DNA from: Squalus acanthias
Taxonomy: Eukaryota
Assembly (NCBI GenBank): GCA_030390025.1
Contig: CM059438.1
Location: forward strand, 59,026,001 to 59,090,000
Length of the DNA stretch: 64,000 nucleotides
Reading direction: 5' to 3'
Under the pieces are notes generated by a model that saw nothing but the letters and a program-made list of their open reading frames with translations, was not told the DNA's origin and did not search any database. Position numbers and translations under genes: made by a program. Below are positions 39,305 through 51,031 of the stretch, one piece after another; positions within the stretch are counted from its first letter, which is position 1, and each line of letters starts with the position of its first letter.

Positions 39305-39545
39305 CTAGAATCATAGAATGATACAGCACAGAAGGAGGCCATTCGGCCCATCGTGCCTGTTCCGGCTCTTTGGTAGAGCCATCCAATTAATCCCACTCCC
39401 CTGCTCTTTCCCCATTGCCCTGTAAAATTCGTCCCTGCAAGTATTTATCCAATTCCCTTTTGAAAGTTATTATTGAATCTGCTCCCACTGCCCTTTCAGG
39501 CAGGGGATTCCAGATCATAACAACTCGCTGCGTAAAGAAATGGTT
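39305..39545 (-). mobile_element. CR1 3' fragment
   Basis: (TAGAATCA)n tail and GAAGGAGGCCATTC. Confidence 0.85.
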
Positions 39546-39929
39546 GCTCATGTCACTACACTACAAGTAACTGATGGGAAACCTCCCACTACCATCCTAC
39601 CTCCCACTATTTTAAAAAACAAATGATAATATCGCTTTTAAAGTGATAAAACATTCCAGGGAGCTTCCCGGAGTGCCGCAGGGAGCGGTGAGAGAGGAGG
39701 GAACGCACGGTCCAATACACAGGTTTGAGGAGGCAGCCATATTTCGAATGGTTTCACCATGTGCTTCTCTCTCCTCCTGCCAGCAAACCCTCTCTCCCCC
39801 CGGACACGGACTCAGCGTACACGCACGTTATCTGGGACTGTAGCACAACAAGATCCTCTGGCTGACTGGAGGTGGCACGAGCCCACTCCTGATCTCCCTG
39901 ACTGCGGGAGGTTGGGGAATTAACGCTGC

Positions 39930-40651
39930 AGAATCATAGAATCATAGAATGGTTACAGCACAGAAGGAGGCCATTTGGCCCGTCAAGCACGTGCCGGCTC
40001 TCTGCAAGAGCACTTCAGCTAGTCCCACTCCCCTGCCCTTTCCCCGTAGCCCTGCAAATTGTTTTCTTTCAGGTACTACATTACAACAGTGATCACACTC
40101 CAAAAAGTACTTCATTGGCTGTAAAGCGCTTTGAGACATCTGGTGGTCGTGAAAGGCGCTATATAGAAATGCAAGTCTTTCTTTCATTTATTTATCCAAT
40201 TCCCCTGTGAAAGCCATGATTGAATCTGCTTCCACCACCCTCTCAGGCAGTGCATTCCAGATCTTAACCACTCACTGAGTAAAGAAGTTTTTTCTTACGT
40301 CACCTTTGGTTCTTTTGCCAATCACCTTAAATCTGTGCCCTCTGGTTCTCGACCCTTCCGCCAATGGGAACAGTTTCTCTCTATCCACTCTGTCCAGACC
40401 CCTCATGATTTTGAACACCTCTATCAAATCTCCTCTCAACCTTCTCTGCTCTAAGGAGAACAACCCCAGCTTCTCCAGTCTATCCATGTAACTGAAGTCC
40501 CTCATCTCTGGAACCATTCTTGTAAATCTTTTCTGCACCCTCTCTAAGGCCTTCACATCCTTCCTAAAGTGCGGTGCCCAGAATTGGACACAATACTCCA
40601 GTTGAGGCCGAACCAGTGTTTTATACAGGTTCATCATAACTTCCTTGCTTT
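39930..40651 (-). mobile_element. CR1 3' part (continues at 49402-49690); contains a SINE tail piece at 40075-40185
   Basis: YKSKEVMMNLYKTLVRPQLEYCVQFW...; sequence is contiguous across the solo LTR. Confidence 0.9.
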
Positions 40652-42252
40652 TGTAGGTAGGTGAACCCGCATCTTCCCTCTTATACTGTAACACCAGAAT
40701 CCGACCTGAACATGTCTGGGTGGGGTAAAATGGTCAAGGCTCACAACTCAGTACAACTCAGTATTCTTTTAACTGTTTATTGTACTGCGGATAACATACA
40801 AACGTCAATGCACTGTTCCCTTTAACTTCAAACAGTACTCACACACACTGTTTCCTTTAACTCTCTTTAATTTCAAACACCACTCACTCCGACGATCATT
40901 CGGAGGAGTATGTTTCCATCTGTACGGGTGATCAAATCTGTCCGCAGTTCCCTTGCAAGTTGCCGAAGTTTGTCTCTAAACGCACCCTTTTTATAATACA
41001 AAAATCATACCCGTGACAATTGACTGACGCAACTCCCCCCTTTGATTGTACCATCTTAATCTTGTCTGTTTCTGTAAATCTGTAGTACTTGATTTGATCA
41101 CTTCACATTTTGGCAGAAGGAACAGGGAGAGGCAATATACACTTAATGGCACAGTTTTAAAGAGTGTGCAGGGACAGAGGGACCTGGGTGTTAATGTGCA
41201 TAGGCTCCTGAAGGTGGCAGGACATATTGAGAGAGTGGTTAGCAAAGCATATGGGGGGGAAAATTTGGTTGCTTTGCACCTCCCGTTAGCACCCTAAGAG
41301 GGCGCTAATGGGGCGGCAAGCAACTAGCGCCTGGGCGTGGCGATGTTTGCGCCGTTTGCGAAATTGACCAGAGTTTTTGCGGTGGCGCTAAACTCGACCG
41401 CCACGATATCCTGCGCCCGCAGATCGTGACGTCAGTCGAGCGTGCAACGCCCCGGACCGGATATTGAGTAGCGCCCCCTTCCTTTCCGCCTGCCGCAAGC
41501 AATGACAGGGAGAGTGGAACATGTTGTAGTCGGCAAGGGGCTGGGGGAGCGCTATTTAACGGCGCCCTCTTCCTGCCTTTTTTTGTGGTAGACATTTTTG
41601 CACCACTCATTCTGACAGAGAGAAAGATTCTGAGAGAGAGAGAGAGAGAGAGAGAGACTTCTGCAGAGAGTCAACGCTGTGTGAAGTAGTTTTGGCTACT
41701 GAGCATCACTTTGCAGGTTCTTTTGGATTTGACCTTCATCACTTCGATTGTCAAGAGACTGTGGGGGCTGCACTGATTCGGGGCATCGTCCTGGGCCTGC
41801 AGAATCGGAGGCATCAGAGACGCAGAGAGAGCGTGGCCAGACGGAGGAGGGCCAACAGGCCTCTGCACAGGAGACCTTACCCTCCCAGGGTATTCCGGGA
41901 ACAATTCTCCTACATTCATTTGTCTGAGGAGCAGTGTTTGCGCAGGCTGCGCTTCAGCAAGGAGGTGTTTGCGCAGGCTGTGCTTCAGCAAGGAGGTGGT
42001 TACTGAGCTCTGCCACCTGCTGCAGCCAGATCTGCAGCCTCAACTGAGGACTAGGACGTCTCTGTGACAGTGAAGGTGACAGTGGCTCTGAATTTTTATG
42101 CCACTGGCTCCTTTCAAGCAGCTACTAGGGACATCGCCAATATCTCCCAGTTCGTGGTCCATTGCTGTATCTGGGAGGTCACAAATGCCCTCTATAAAAG
42201 GAGACGCCAGTACATCTCTTTCCCAATGACCCGGGCCAAACAGCATGAATGC

Positions 42253-42934
42253 ACTGATACAATAGCAAAATACTGCGGATGCTGGAAAACTAAAATAACA
42301 ACAGAAAGCGCTGGAAAAACTCAGCAGGCCAGGCAACATCCGTAGAGAAAGAAACTGAGTTAACGTTTCAGGTCAAAGACCCTTCGTCAGAACTGAGAAA
42401 AAAGCAGGAAATGAAACAGATGAAAAAGCAAGTTTGGAGGCTGGGGGAGGGAATCAAAGAACAAAAGGGAGGTCTGTGAGAAGTGAAGAGACATTAAGAG
42501 ATGCTCAAGGTGAGATGAGATGGTAATAGGACAGGTTAAGAAACAAAAGATGGTTCTAGATGTGTGAAATGCGCTGGCAGGATGAAAGACAGCTGCCATG
42601 TGGGAGAGAGAAAAAAAAGGGAAAAGGCACAAACCAAAAGTGTGGATATAAAAAATCTCTCTCTCTCTCTCTCTCTTATATGGTAGGGGCCGAGGTTATG
42701 ATCTGAAATTGTTGAACTTGATATTGAGTCCGGAAGGCTGTAAAGTGCCTAATCAGAAGATGAGGTGCTGTTCCTCGAGCTTAAGCTGAGCTTCCGTGGA
42801 ACAATGCAAGAGGCCGAGGATGGTGAGGTCTGAGTGGGAGTGGAGCAGTGAATTAAAGTGACAGGCCACCGGGAGCTCGGGGTCACCCTTACAGACTAAA
42901 CAGAGGTGTTCCGCAAAGCGGTCACCCAATCTGC
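42253..42934 (-). mobile_element. Penelope-like element 3' fragment (GIY-YIG C-terminus + pLTR)
   Basis: RRLGDRFAEHL...PVACHFN...KLEEQHLIF*LGTLQPSGLN; flanked by duplicated GAATGC. Confidence 0.85.
42358..42394 (-). ncRNA. Minimal type I hammerhead ribozyme motif (Penelope pLTR)
   Basis: AGUU CUGACGA A GGGUC UUU GACCU GAAA CGUU AACU. Confidence 0.75.
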
Positions 42935-44223
42935 GAATGCGCATTGGGCTTTGCGAGGATAGCGGGCTTCCCTATGGTGCAGGGCGCCATTGACTGCACG
43001 CATGTGGCATTGCGGGCACCGCATGAGAATGCAGAGGTTTTCCGAAACCGCAAGGGGTTCCACTCCTTAAACGTCCAGTTGGTCTGTGACCACAGACAGC
43101 TGATACTCGTTGTCAATGCCTGCTATCCTGGCAGCAGCCACGATGCTTTCATCCTGCGCCAGACTGCTTTGCCAGAGCTTTTCCAGGCAGCGCATCAGCC
43201 AAGTGGTTGGCTCCTCGGGGACAAGGGTTATCCACTGTGCACCTGGCTGATGACACCGCTCCGTAACCCCAACACCCCTGCTGAGCTGCGGTACAACGAG
43301 AGCCATCAAGCTACCAGGAACATTGTTGAGCAGACGATCGGCGTGCTCAAGCAACGGTTCCGCTGTCTGGACCACTCAGGAGGAGCCCTGCAGTACTCGC
43401 CTGAGCGAGTCTCCCTCTTCATAATTGTTTGCTGCATGCTTCATAACCTGGCAATCCTCAGGACCCAGCCAATGCCACCAGGCCTTGGAGCACCACCAGA
43501 GGAGGAGGAGGAAGAGGAAGAGGATGATCAGCAGCAGCACCAACGTGGGAGGGAGGCCCACAATGTTGAAACTGCAAGGGCTGTCCATCAACGGCTGATA
43601 ACAAGCCGCTTCTAGGCCCCTACTCAGAAAATGGCTTCTGGCATGGAGAACAACATCATGGAAAGCAACCCGCAACCCCTATAGCCGGCCAAGGCAGCAA
43701 TGATTCCAATGGCCAAACATGTACATTTTGAAAACAACTTTTTATTTTACAAACTCTGTGTGTGTCATTTATTCAGGACAAACTAATAGAAACAAACACA
43801 ACCAATTATAAATTAACATAACTGGTTCTCACAACCTGGAGAAAATGGCGAAAACAGTAAACAAAAGTTATCAGACGAACCTCGCCCTTTAATAAAGACA
43901 ATCCCAACATTTTGTCACACCTCCTACTTTTTGCCCTATGAGGGTGATCTCCTTCCCTTGCGCACTTCCCCCCTTCCCACCCGACTGCTCCTCCGTAATG
44001 GGACCCCAGTGGCTGCAGCAAGACTGCTGGAAGGCTGCTGATTGTCAGAACCTGAGACTGCAGATGCCCTTGAAGGACGGCTTCGACCAGCTCTGGGCCT
44101 GGAGGGCCCGGCTGCAGACTGCACCAACTCTGCATGGGCGGCAGCAGTCTGGGCAACAGGCGGTGGCAAGTGCAATGGGGAAGTGACAGTGGTGGCAGCA
44201 GGAATGCTGTCATCTTGAGAGAG

Positions 44224-44449
44224 AATTGAGAGGTCGCACAACACCAGGTTATAGTCCAACAGTTTTATTTGAAATCACAAGCTTTCGGAGCTATCGATTG
44301 CCCCTTCCTCAGGTGAAGTAAACTTCACCTGAGGAAGGGGCAATCGATAGCTCCGAAAGCTTGTGATTTCAAATAAAACTGTTGGACTATAACCTGGTGT
44401 TGTGCGACCTTTCAATTTTGTCCACCCCAGTCCAACACCGGCATCTCCG
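44224..44449. mobile_element. Penelope pLTR-derived foldback insertion
   Basis: 96-bp inverted arms with a 2-nt loop; 13-bp TSD CATCTTGAGAGAG. Confidence 0.8.
44325..44366 (+). ncRNA. Minimal type I hammerhead ribozyme motif (mirror copy on - strand at 44275-44316)
   Basis: UCAC CUGAGGA A GGGGC AAUCGAUA GCUCC GAAA GCUU GUGA. Confidence 0.72.
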
Positions 44450-46956
44450 CATCTTGAGAGAGGACAGCAACTCCCTGCTCGACCGACACACTGGCAGACC
44501 CACGGGGCAGCACTTCAGCATTCGGAGCAATCTGCTGGAGCACAGATTGCTGGCCTGCTGCGGCGCGGTGAGAGCCCCGGGGAAATGTGTCCAAACCAGC
44601 GAGGATGGCAGCAGTCAGTGCTCGCGTGGCCTCAATCTGAGTCTGCAGGAGAGCAGTCAGAGATGGGGTCATGGCAGCCAGTAACTGAATTGCAGCACTA
44701 AGCAGTTGCATTGCGTCCGCCTGTGCTCCACACTCCTTGCCAGTCCATCAATGCTTCCGGGCACCCTTCCCACTGCACCCATGAGCTGAGTGTGCATGTC
44801 CACCACCTGGGTGTTCATTTCAGTGATGAGCCGCTCCTCCTCTAGGTCCAGTGCAGTAGGACTCGCTGACATACTCTCCCTCCGGGGAGAAGGCCCCCGT
44901 GCTTCCCTACCCCCATCGCGTTGCTGCAGCCCGCTGGGTCCCGGAGCTTCACCCTCATCAGATCCTTCTCCCCTGCTCCTCTCCAGGGAAGACATGGTTC
45001 CAGTGAGGGCATGGGCTTCCTCGGGAGAGGGTGGCGCTGATGCTCCGGCTTCCTCTTCCTCCTCGCCTGCAGCTTCACTCCCACTGGCTGCTTGAGGGCC
45101 CGTCTCCTCAGCTGGTGAATCACCATCTGAAAGCAGGGAGGTACAAGAGTGGCTTTAGCGTGAGGACAGGGGGGCAGTAAGGGCGCAAGGACTGGAGAGA
45201 TTTAGTAAGTTGGATTGAAAGTGTAAAAGGCTGGTGTTGTGAGGGACAAGAGGAATGAGAGAGGAGAGAAAGCTGATGAACTTACCATTGCTGTCCCGAA
45301 CGGGGTCGACCTCTCCAGGGGCGACGGGACCGATCACCCGGCTTGCCACAATCCAGTGGACGCGCTCCTCAAGATCGCTGAGGGGTTGCAGCTGAGGCGG
45401 CCCTCCACCCGTCCATTGCTGCTGTCTCCTATTATGAGATAGCTTGGCCTGCAAGAAAAAGGACGTCGTCTGAGTAAATATACAGCCATGGTCTTGCCTG
45501 ATGTGCCTCCCATAGTTGAATAGCCCTTAATGTATGCAGCTATGTGCTTGCCTGATGTGCCTCCCATAGTTGAATAGCCCTTAATGTATGCAAGGTGTGG
45601 AATGTGCGTGCATGTTTTATGAGAGGGCCATAGGTGTTGGATGAGTGTTGGGCATTGGGGTTTTTACACCCTCTGGCCATAGAGTGAGGTTGAGATGGAG
45701 GGATGGAGAGGTATTGAAAAAAAGCCACTCACCCTGACGACCCGAGTGAGGTCATTGAACTTTTTCCGGTATTGCGTATGGGTCCTGGGCACCATGCTCC
45801 TGGAGGAGACGCTCTGAGCCACCTCCCACCACACTCTTCTATAGTCGCGGGGCAATGGCCTCCTTCCACTCTCTGAGTACAGTATTGATCTTTGGCGCTC
45901 CACCGCGCCAACCAGAGCCGCCAAGGTCTGGTCACTGAAGTGCTGAGCTCATTCCCTGACCCTCTCCATAGTCCTTTGCTGCAGAATTGATGTACAGGTC
46001 TGTCCAGGCCGAGATTCAAGGGTGCAACGAGCAGGGTGTGGCTGGAGAGCAAGATCGACCCTGCCTTTTAAGAACTGGCTGGCGCCAGTGTGTCTGCGTT
46101 CCATCGCTAACTGACAGCACCTGCGCTCGTGCTCTGAGTTAGTGCCTCGCTCCTCAGCCTTTGCGCCTTAAGAGAGGTGTGTAGCTACTGATTTAGCGCT
46201 CCAATCACCTCCAGGGGCGATCGAAGCCAAGTTTGCAGTTGGAGGCGATAATTTGCACCAGGTGCTAAACTTTGCTCCCGGCCGATAATTGCGCCCCAAA
46301 CAGGGCGATACTGAATTTCTCCCCCATGGGATCTTGGGCTTCATAAATAGAGGTATTGAGTACAAAAGTAGAGAAGTTATGCTGAACCTTTATAAAGTGC
46401 TGGTTAGGCCACCACTGGAGTATTGCGTCCAGTTCTGGTCACCACACTTCAGGAAGGATGTGAAGGCCCTTGAGAGGGTGCAGAGGAGATTTACCAGAAT
46501 GGTTCCGGGGATGGGGGATCTTAGCTTCAAGGACAGGTTGGAGAAGCTGGATTTGTTTTCATTAGAACAAAGGAGGTTGAGGGGTGATATGATCGAGGTG
46601 TACAAGATTATGACGGGTTTTGATAGGCTAGACGGGGAAAGGCTGTTCCCACTAGTTGATGGTACAAGGACTAGGGGACACAGATTTAAGGTTTTGGGCA
46701 AGAGATACAGGGGGGGTGTGAGGAAAAACTTTTTTACGCAGCGAGTGGTGAGGACCTGGAACTCGCTGCCGACGGAAGTGGTGGATGCGGAGACACTCAA
46801 TGTTTTCAAGGGGAGACTGGATAGGCACTTGAGGGAAATAAACTTGCAGGGCTACGGGGATAGAGCGGGGGAATGGGACTGACTGGATTGCTCTACAGAG
46901 AGCTGGCACGGACTCGATGGGCCGAATGGCCTCCTTCTGTGCCGTTGTGCCTCTGT

Positions 46957-48654
46957 GGGCTGGATTTTCTCAATGGAGACGAGTTGGAGGCGGGACTGCT
47001 GCTTGTTGTGTCAATGTCCCGCCTCCATCCTCGTCTGACTAACAAGAGGGATTTTCCCCTGATTGACCTTGTTAAGCCCACCCTGCGGGCTCAGCAGGCC
47101 AATTAGGGAGGAAGTCACTGACAGAGCACGTCAACGTCAGACGTGCTATCTGTCAAGACTTCTTGAAAGAAGAAATGTCAGCATTTGACAGCTCTGTGAA
47201 GCTGTCAAACACTGACATTCTCTGTAGTTTGAAGATTCCTTGGGCTGGATTTTGTCAATGGGGACGTGATGGAGGCGGGACACCCACTTTTTGGGTTGTA
47301 CTCCCGCCTCCATTGACTTGTGGCCAACCCACTGTATTTTCCCTTGATTGACCTTGTTAAGCCCGCCCAGCGGGCTTAGCAGGCCAATCAAGGGTCCCTT
47401 GGATACAGGTGACGTCAGCCATTGAAATTTCATCTGTCAAGAGCTTTTGACAGATGAAATTTTAGTGTTTGACAGCTCTGTGAAGCTGTCAAACACTGAC
47501 AATATGATTTCTAACATGAGTCCCTGTACTTAGACTCAGTTAGAAATCAATCCAGCACAGAAAGCAGAGACTGCAGCTTTTGACAGCTCCGCGGCCATTC
47601 TGCTTTCTGTGCCGTGGATGTGAGGGACTCCCGACACCTTAAGGAAGCTAGCCTGCAGGACAAAGTTAAGGTAAGTAAAAGTTCTTAAAACACTTTACAC
47701 ACACCAAACACACTTACCTCTGCACTCATGCACCCATCACTCACCTGCACACCGGACATCTCGACCCTTCCAAGCCCTCCAGACCGAAGGTCCGCCTCGC
47801 TAAATCGGCGTGGTTCGGACCTGTCGGGAAGCCCACACTTCAGGGCTAAAAATAGGGATTAGGCAAAAAACTGCCTGTTAACTACCTGTTAACAGGCAGT
47901 TTATTGGTACTAATCCCCTTCCTGCCTCGGGGAAGGCGGGTCCCAGCACAGGTCGGGTACCCGCCTCCTGGGAAACTGGCATGGAGGCGGGTTGGGGGCC
48001 GGATGGATTCGGGACCCCCGAATCTGCTATTATCACCACTCCCGCCTCCAAACCCGCCTCCACGGGCCGGTGAAAATTGAGACCCTTGTGTTCAGGACTC
48101 ATCAAACCTTTCAACTTTGTCGATTTCAGATGGCTGTTGGTTCGGAGGATCCAACAGCCAGTCTGTGAAATCGACAAGGAGGATGTTGGGTCTCCCGATC
48201 CAGAGAGGATGAAGGCTGTAGGAAGAAAACAAGGTAAGTGAACATGTTTTTACACTTATCACTCACCTTACATACTTACCACTCCACACTTGCACCCATC
48301 ACTCACCTCTACATCTTACTTCCAGGTGCCTCCGACCACCGCAGACCTCCTTCACGTCTCCTCCAACCCGGTGGGGTTCTCCGAGGTCGGGAAGCCTTCA
48401 CCTGAGAAGGTAAAATGGCACTAATCCTTTTTTCTGCCTGTTAACTATCTGTTAACAGGCAGTTAAAAGGATTAAATGCATTTCCCGCCTCCAGGAGACG
48501 GGACCCGAAGCTACACATCGTCCCGCCTCCTGGCAATAGGGCACGGAGGTGGGATGGGGGCGCGTTTGCCATCCGCCCCCACTTTCTCTGAGTTTACCGT
48601 TACCGGCAGTCCCGCCTCCATACCCGCCTCCTCGGGGCTGAGAAAATCCAGCCC
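46957..48654. mobile_element. Harbinger family A-related MITE (outer)
   Basis: Perfect 16-bp TIR GGGCTGGATTTTCTCA; flanks TGT/TAT. Confidence 0.85.
47242..48084. mobile_element. Related MITE nested in the outer MITE
   Basis: TIRs GGGCTGGATTTT / AAAATTGAGACC; 3-bp TSD CTT. Confidence 0.8.
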
Positions 48655-48657
48655 TAT

Positions 48658-48855
48658 GAGCAAGCGGAAGCCAAGCGCAAGGAGCGCACGTCAACCCAAG
48701 CACCCCACCCACCCGCCCCTTCAACCACCGTCTGCCCCACCTGTGACAGAGACTGTAGGTCCCGCATTGGACTCATCAGTCACCTGAGAACTCATTTTCA
48801 ATGTGGAAGCAAGTCATCCTCGGTTCCAAGGGACTGCCTAAGAAGAGGAAGAAGA
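48658..48855 (+). mobile_element. RTE-clade LINE 3' end
   Basis: C-terminal CPTCDRDCRSRIGLISHLRTH zinc finger and (AAG)n-like tail. Confidence 0.7.
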
Positions 48856-49401
48856 TGACACCTGGGCCAGTGAATAGTCCATTATCACATAAAGGTGTTT
48901 TGATGGGGAAAAGTTCAGGGCTCATCAGCATTCTGAAAGGTTGGCGAATGGGTTTTACTCCAGCAACAATTTTGATATTAACATCTCCAAAGGATGAGGG
49001 AACTGATCCAGACTCGGTGGAACCATGGTCGTTACCTGTCGTGCTGATTTGTAAGTCTTATTAACAGCCTGACCACAGAAGTTCAATGGACAGGACAGTT
49101 AGTTGTCACTGTGTGGTCTGAATACTCCAGCTACTTCCTTGGTTAGCATATTCCTAAAGTCAATCAATCGTGTCTGTGTCTCTGTGTGAATAATTTCCTC
49201 CTGCATTCCGTTCAATTCACAGCTTGTTTTAAAAGTTCATTTAAAAGTCCTGTTGGTTCCTCGAGGCATGCTGGGATACGAAGCTTAGTCAATTTCTTAT
49301 GATTGGTCAATTTACAAAACTGCCTGTACAGTACAGCCGCTTAACCCTTTAATGTCAGTTTACTTTAAGTTAAGTGCGTTCTTGCTGCAGGACTGGCTAC
49401 A

Positions 49402-49690
49402 CTTTTGTACTCTATGCCTCTATTTATGAAGCCCAGGATCCCGTATGCTTTTTTAACCACTTTCTCAACGATTTGTGCACACACACCCCCAGGTCTCTCT
49501 GTTCATGCACCCCCTTTAGAATTGGACCCTTTTAGTTTATATTGCCTCTCCTCGTTCTTCCTGCTAAAATGTATCACTTCGCACTTTTCTGCATTAAATT
49601 TCATCTGCCACGTGTCCACCCATTCCACCAGCCTGTCTATGTCCTCTTGAAGTCTATCACTATCCTCCTCACTGTTCACTATACTTCCAT
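49402..49690 (-). mobile_element. CR1 fragment (upstream continuation of 39930-40651)
   Basis: CTTTTGTACTCTATGCCTCTATTTATGAAGCCC. Confidence 0.85.
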
Positions 49691-50099
49691 TGACTGTGGT
49701 TTTGGCAATAAGCTACAGCGCAGGTTTACTGAAAGTAAGAGATCGGCAGAATGAAGAGACAAGAGGGATGTTTGCACAATGATAGAACTTTAACTCGTGC
49801 TTCCTTCTCGGCTACAGAAAAAACCCCAGCACCCCACTAACTCTACCGATACTCATACTGAAACTCATAAACATCGACACTCATAATGGCCCCTGGGGCT
49901 CCACGAAACTGTCAGCACTGGGATAGGGTAGGGCGGAGAGCAGGGATAGAGTGGGGATGGGATAGAGTGGTGTGGGGGATAAGATGAGGCACAGAAGGGG
50001 CAATAGAGCAGGAATGGGATGGGGTGGGCAGGGATCGCTAAAGGACTTAGATGGGGGAAAGAGTGGGGATGGGAATGGAGTGGGTAGGGGATGGAACAG

Positions 50100-50400
50100 G
50101 GGCCATAAATATTAGATAGTCACTAATAAATCCAATGAGGAATTCAGGAGAAACTTCTTTACCCAGAGAGTGGTGAGAATGTGGAACTCGCTACCACAGG
50201 GAGTAGTTGAGGTGGCTAACATAGATGCATTTAAGGGGAAGCTAGATAAGTACATGAGGGAGAAAGGAATAGAAGGAGACGCTGATAGAGTGAGATGAAG
50301 TAGGGTGGGAGGAGGCTCATGTGGAGCATAAACACTGACACAGAGCAGTTGGGCCGAATGGCCTGTTTCTGTGCTGTAAGCTCTATCTAACTTTATGCAA
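50100..50400 (+). mobile_element. CR1 3' end
   Basis: FRRNFFTQRVVRMWNSLP; same subfamily as 19526-19800. Confidence 0.88.
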
Positions 50401-51031
50401 TTCTAAGTGAATAAGACTGTAGTGCCGATTCTCTGATCCCCCAACCCCTTTGGTGTTAGATTTATAGTTTAAATCGGGCTCCCTCCAGTGTAGGGTCTGA
50501 CACAGCTTCCAGATCTTCTCGTCGTTTGATACCCCAGCTTGTCTGATCCAAAACCAGTTTAGTGGCAGCCCTGATAAATAGGCCCAACTCTAAGGCCCAA
50601 AACTAGGCAGGTTCCTGAGAGCAGAGCGGAGTGCCACACACTCTCCATTGCCCTGTGGTCTCCGAACACTCCCTCCCTCCCCCGCCATGGCTTGTTGGCT
50701 ATAACACACGCTGTGTCCGCTGAACGAGGATGTTGCCAGAGACGGTTTTATTTCCTCACAGCAGCCGGGCCTCAGTCCAAAATTAGCACATCTTGTAAAA
50801 TGACTGGTGGTTGAAAGTGTGCAGAGGGCAGCAGTACCCAGTTAGATCCGTGTTTAAGAGAACGGTTTGAGACACAGCGTGACTGCACTGACCCAGTGGT
50901 CCTGTTAGTCCTGCAAATGTTCCACTCCTCCTCATTTCCAGATTCATAGCTCCCCATTTCTCCACCACCCCCCATTTAAAAAATGTCCTTTTTAATGTTT
51001 GTTGAGATATTTTATATCAAATTTAATAAAT

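Larger units (their letters stand above)
41761..43615 (+). pseudogene. Family B transposase disrupted by a 31-bp duplication and a Penelope insertion
   Basis: C-terminal 223 aa open (GAIDCTHV, HDAFIL, GDKGY, VEQTIG); N-terminal part frameshifted. Confidence 0.9.
43924..45969 (-). pseudogene. Family B Myb/SANT gene, interrupted by the hairpin insertion
   Basis: Highly similar to 56185-58007; frameshifts present. Confidence 0.85.
41254..46325 (+). mobile_element. PIF/Harbinger family B, copy B2 (full length, inactivated)
   Basis: TIRs GGGGGGAAAATT / AATTTCTCCCCC; 3-bp TSD ATG. Confidence 0.92.
41100..46950 (+). mobile_element. CR1 fragment split by Harbinger B2 (41100-41253 and 46326-46950)
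   Basis: ...VVSKAY|GILGFINRGIEYKSREV rejoins across the insertion. Confidence 0.9.
40652..49401 (-). mobile_element. Solo LTR (about 1 kb of own sequence: 40652-41095 and 48856-49401) expanded by nested insertions
   Basis: TGTAG...CTACA termini; 4-bp TSD CTTT (40648-40651, 49402-49405); minus-strand CCAAT near 49285, TATAAAA at 40995-40989, AATAAA at 40781-40776. Confidence 0.72.
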
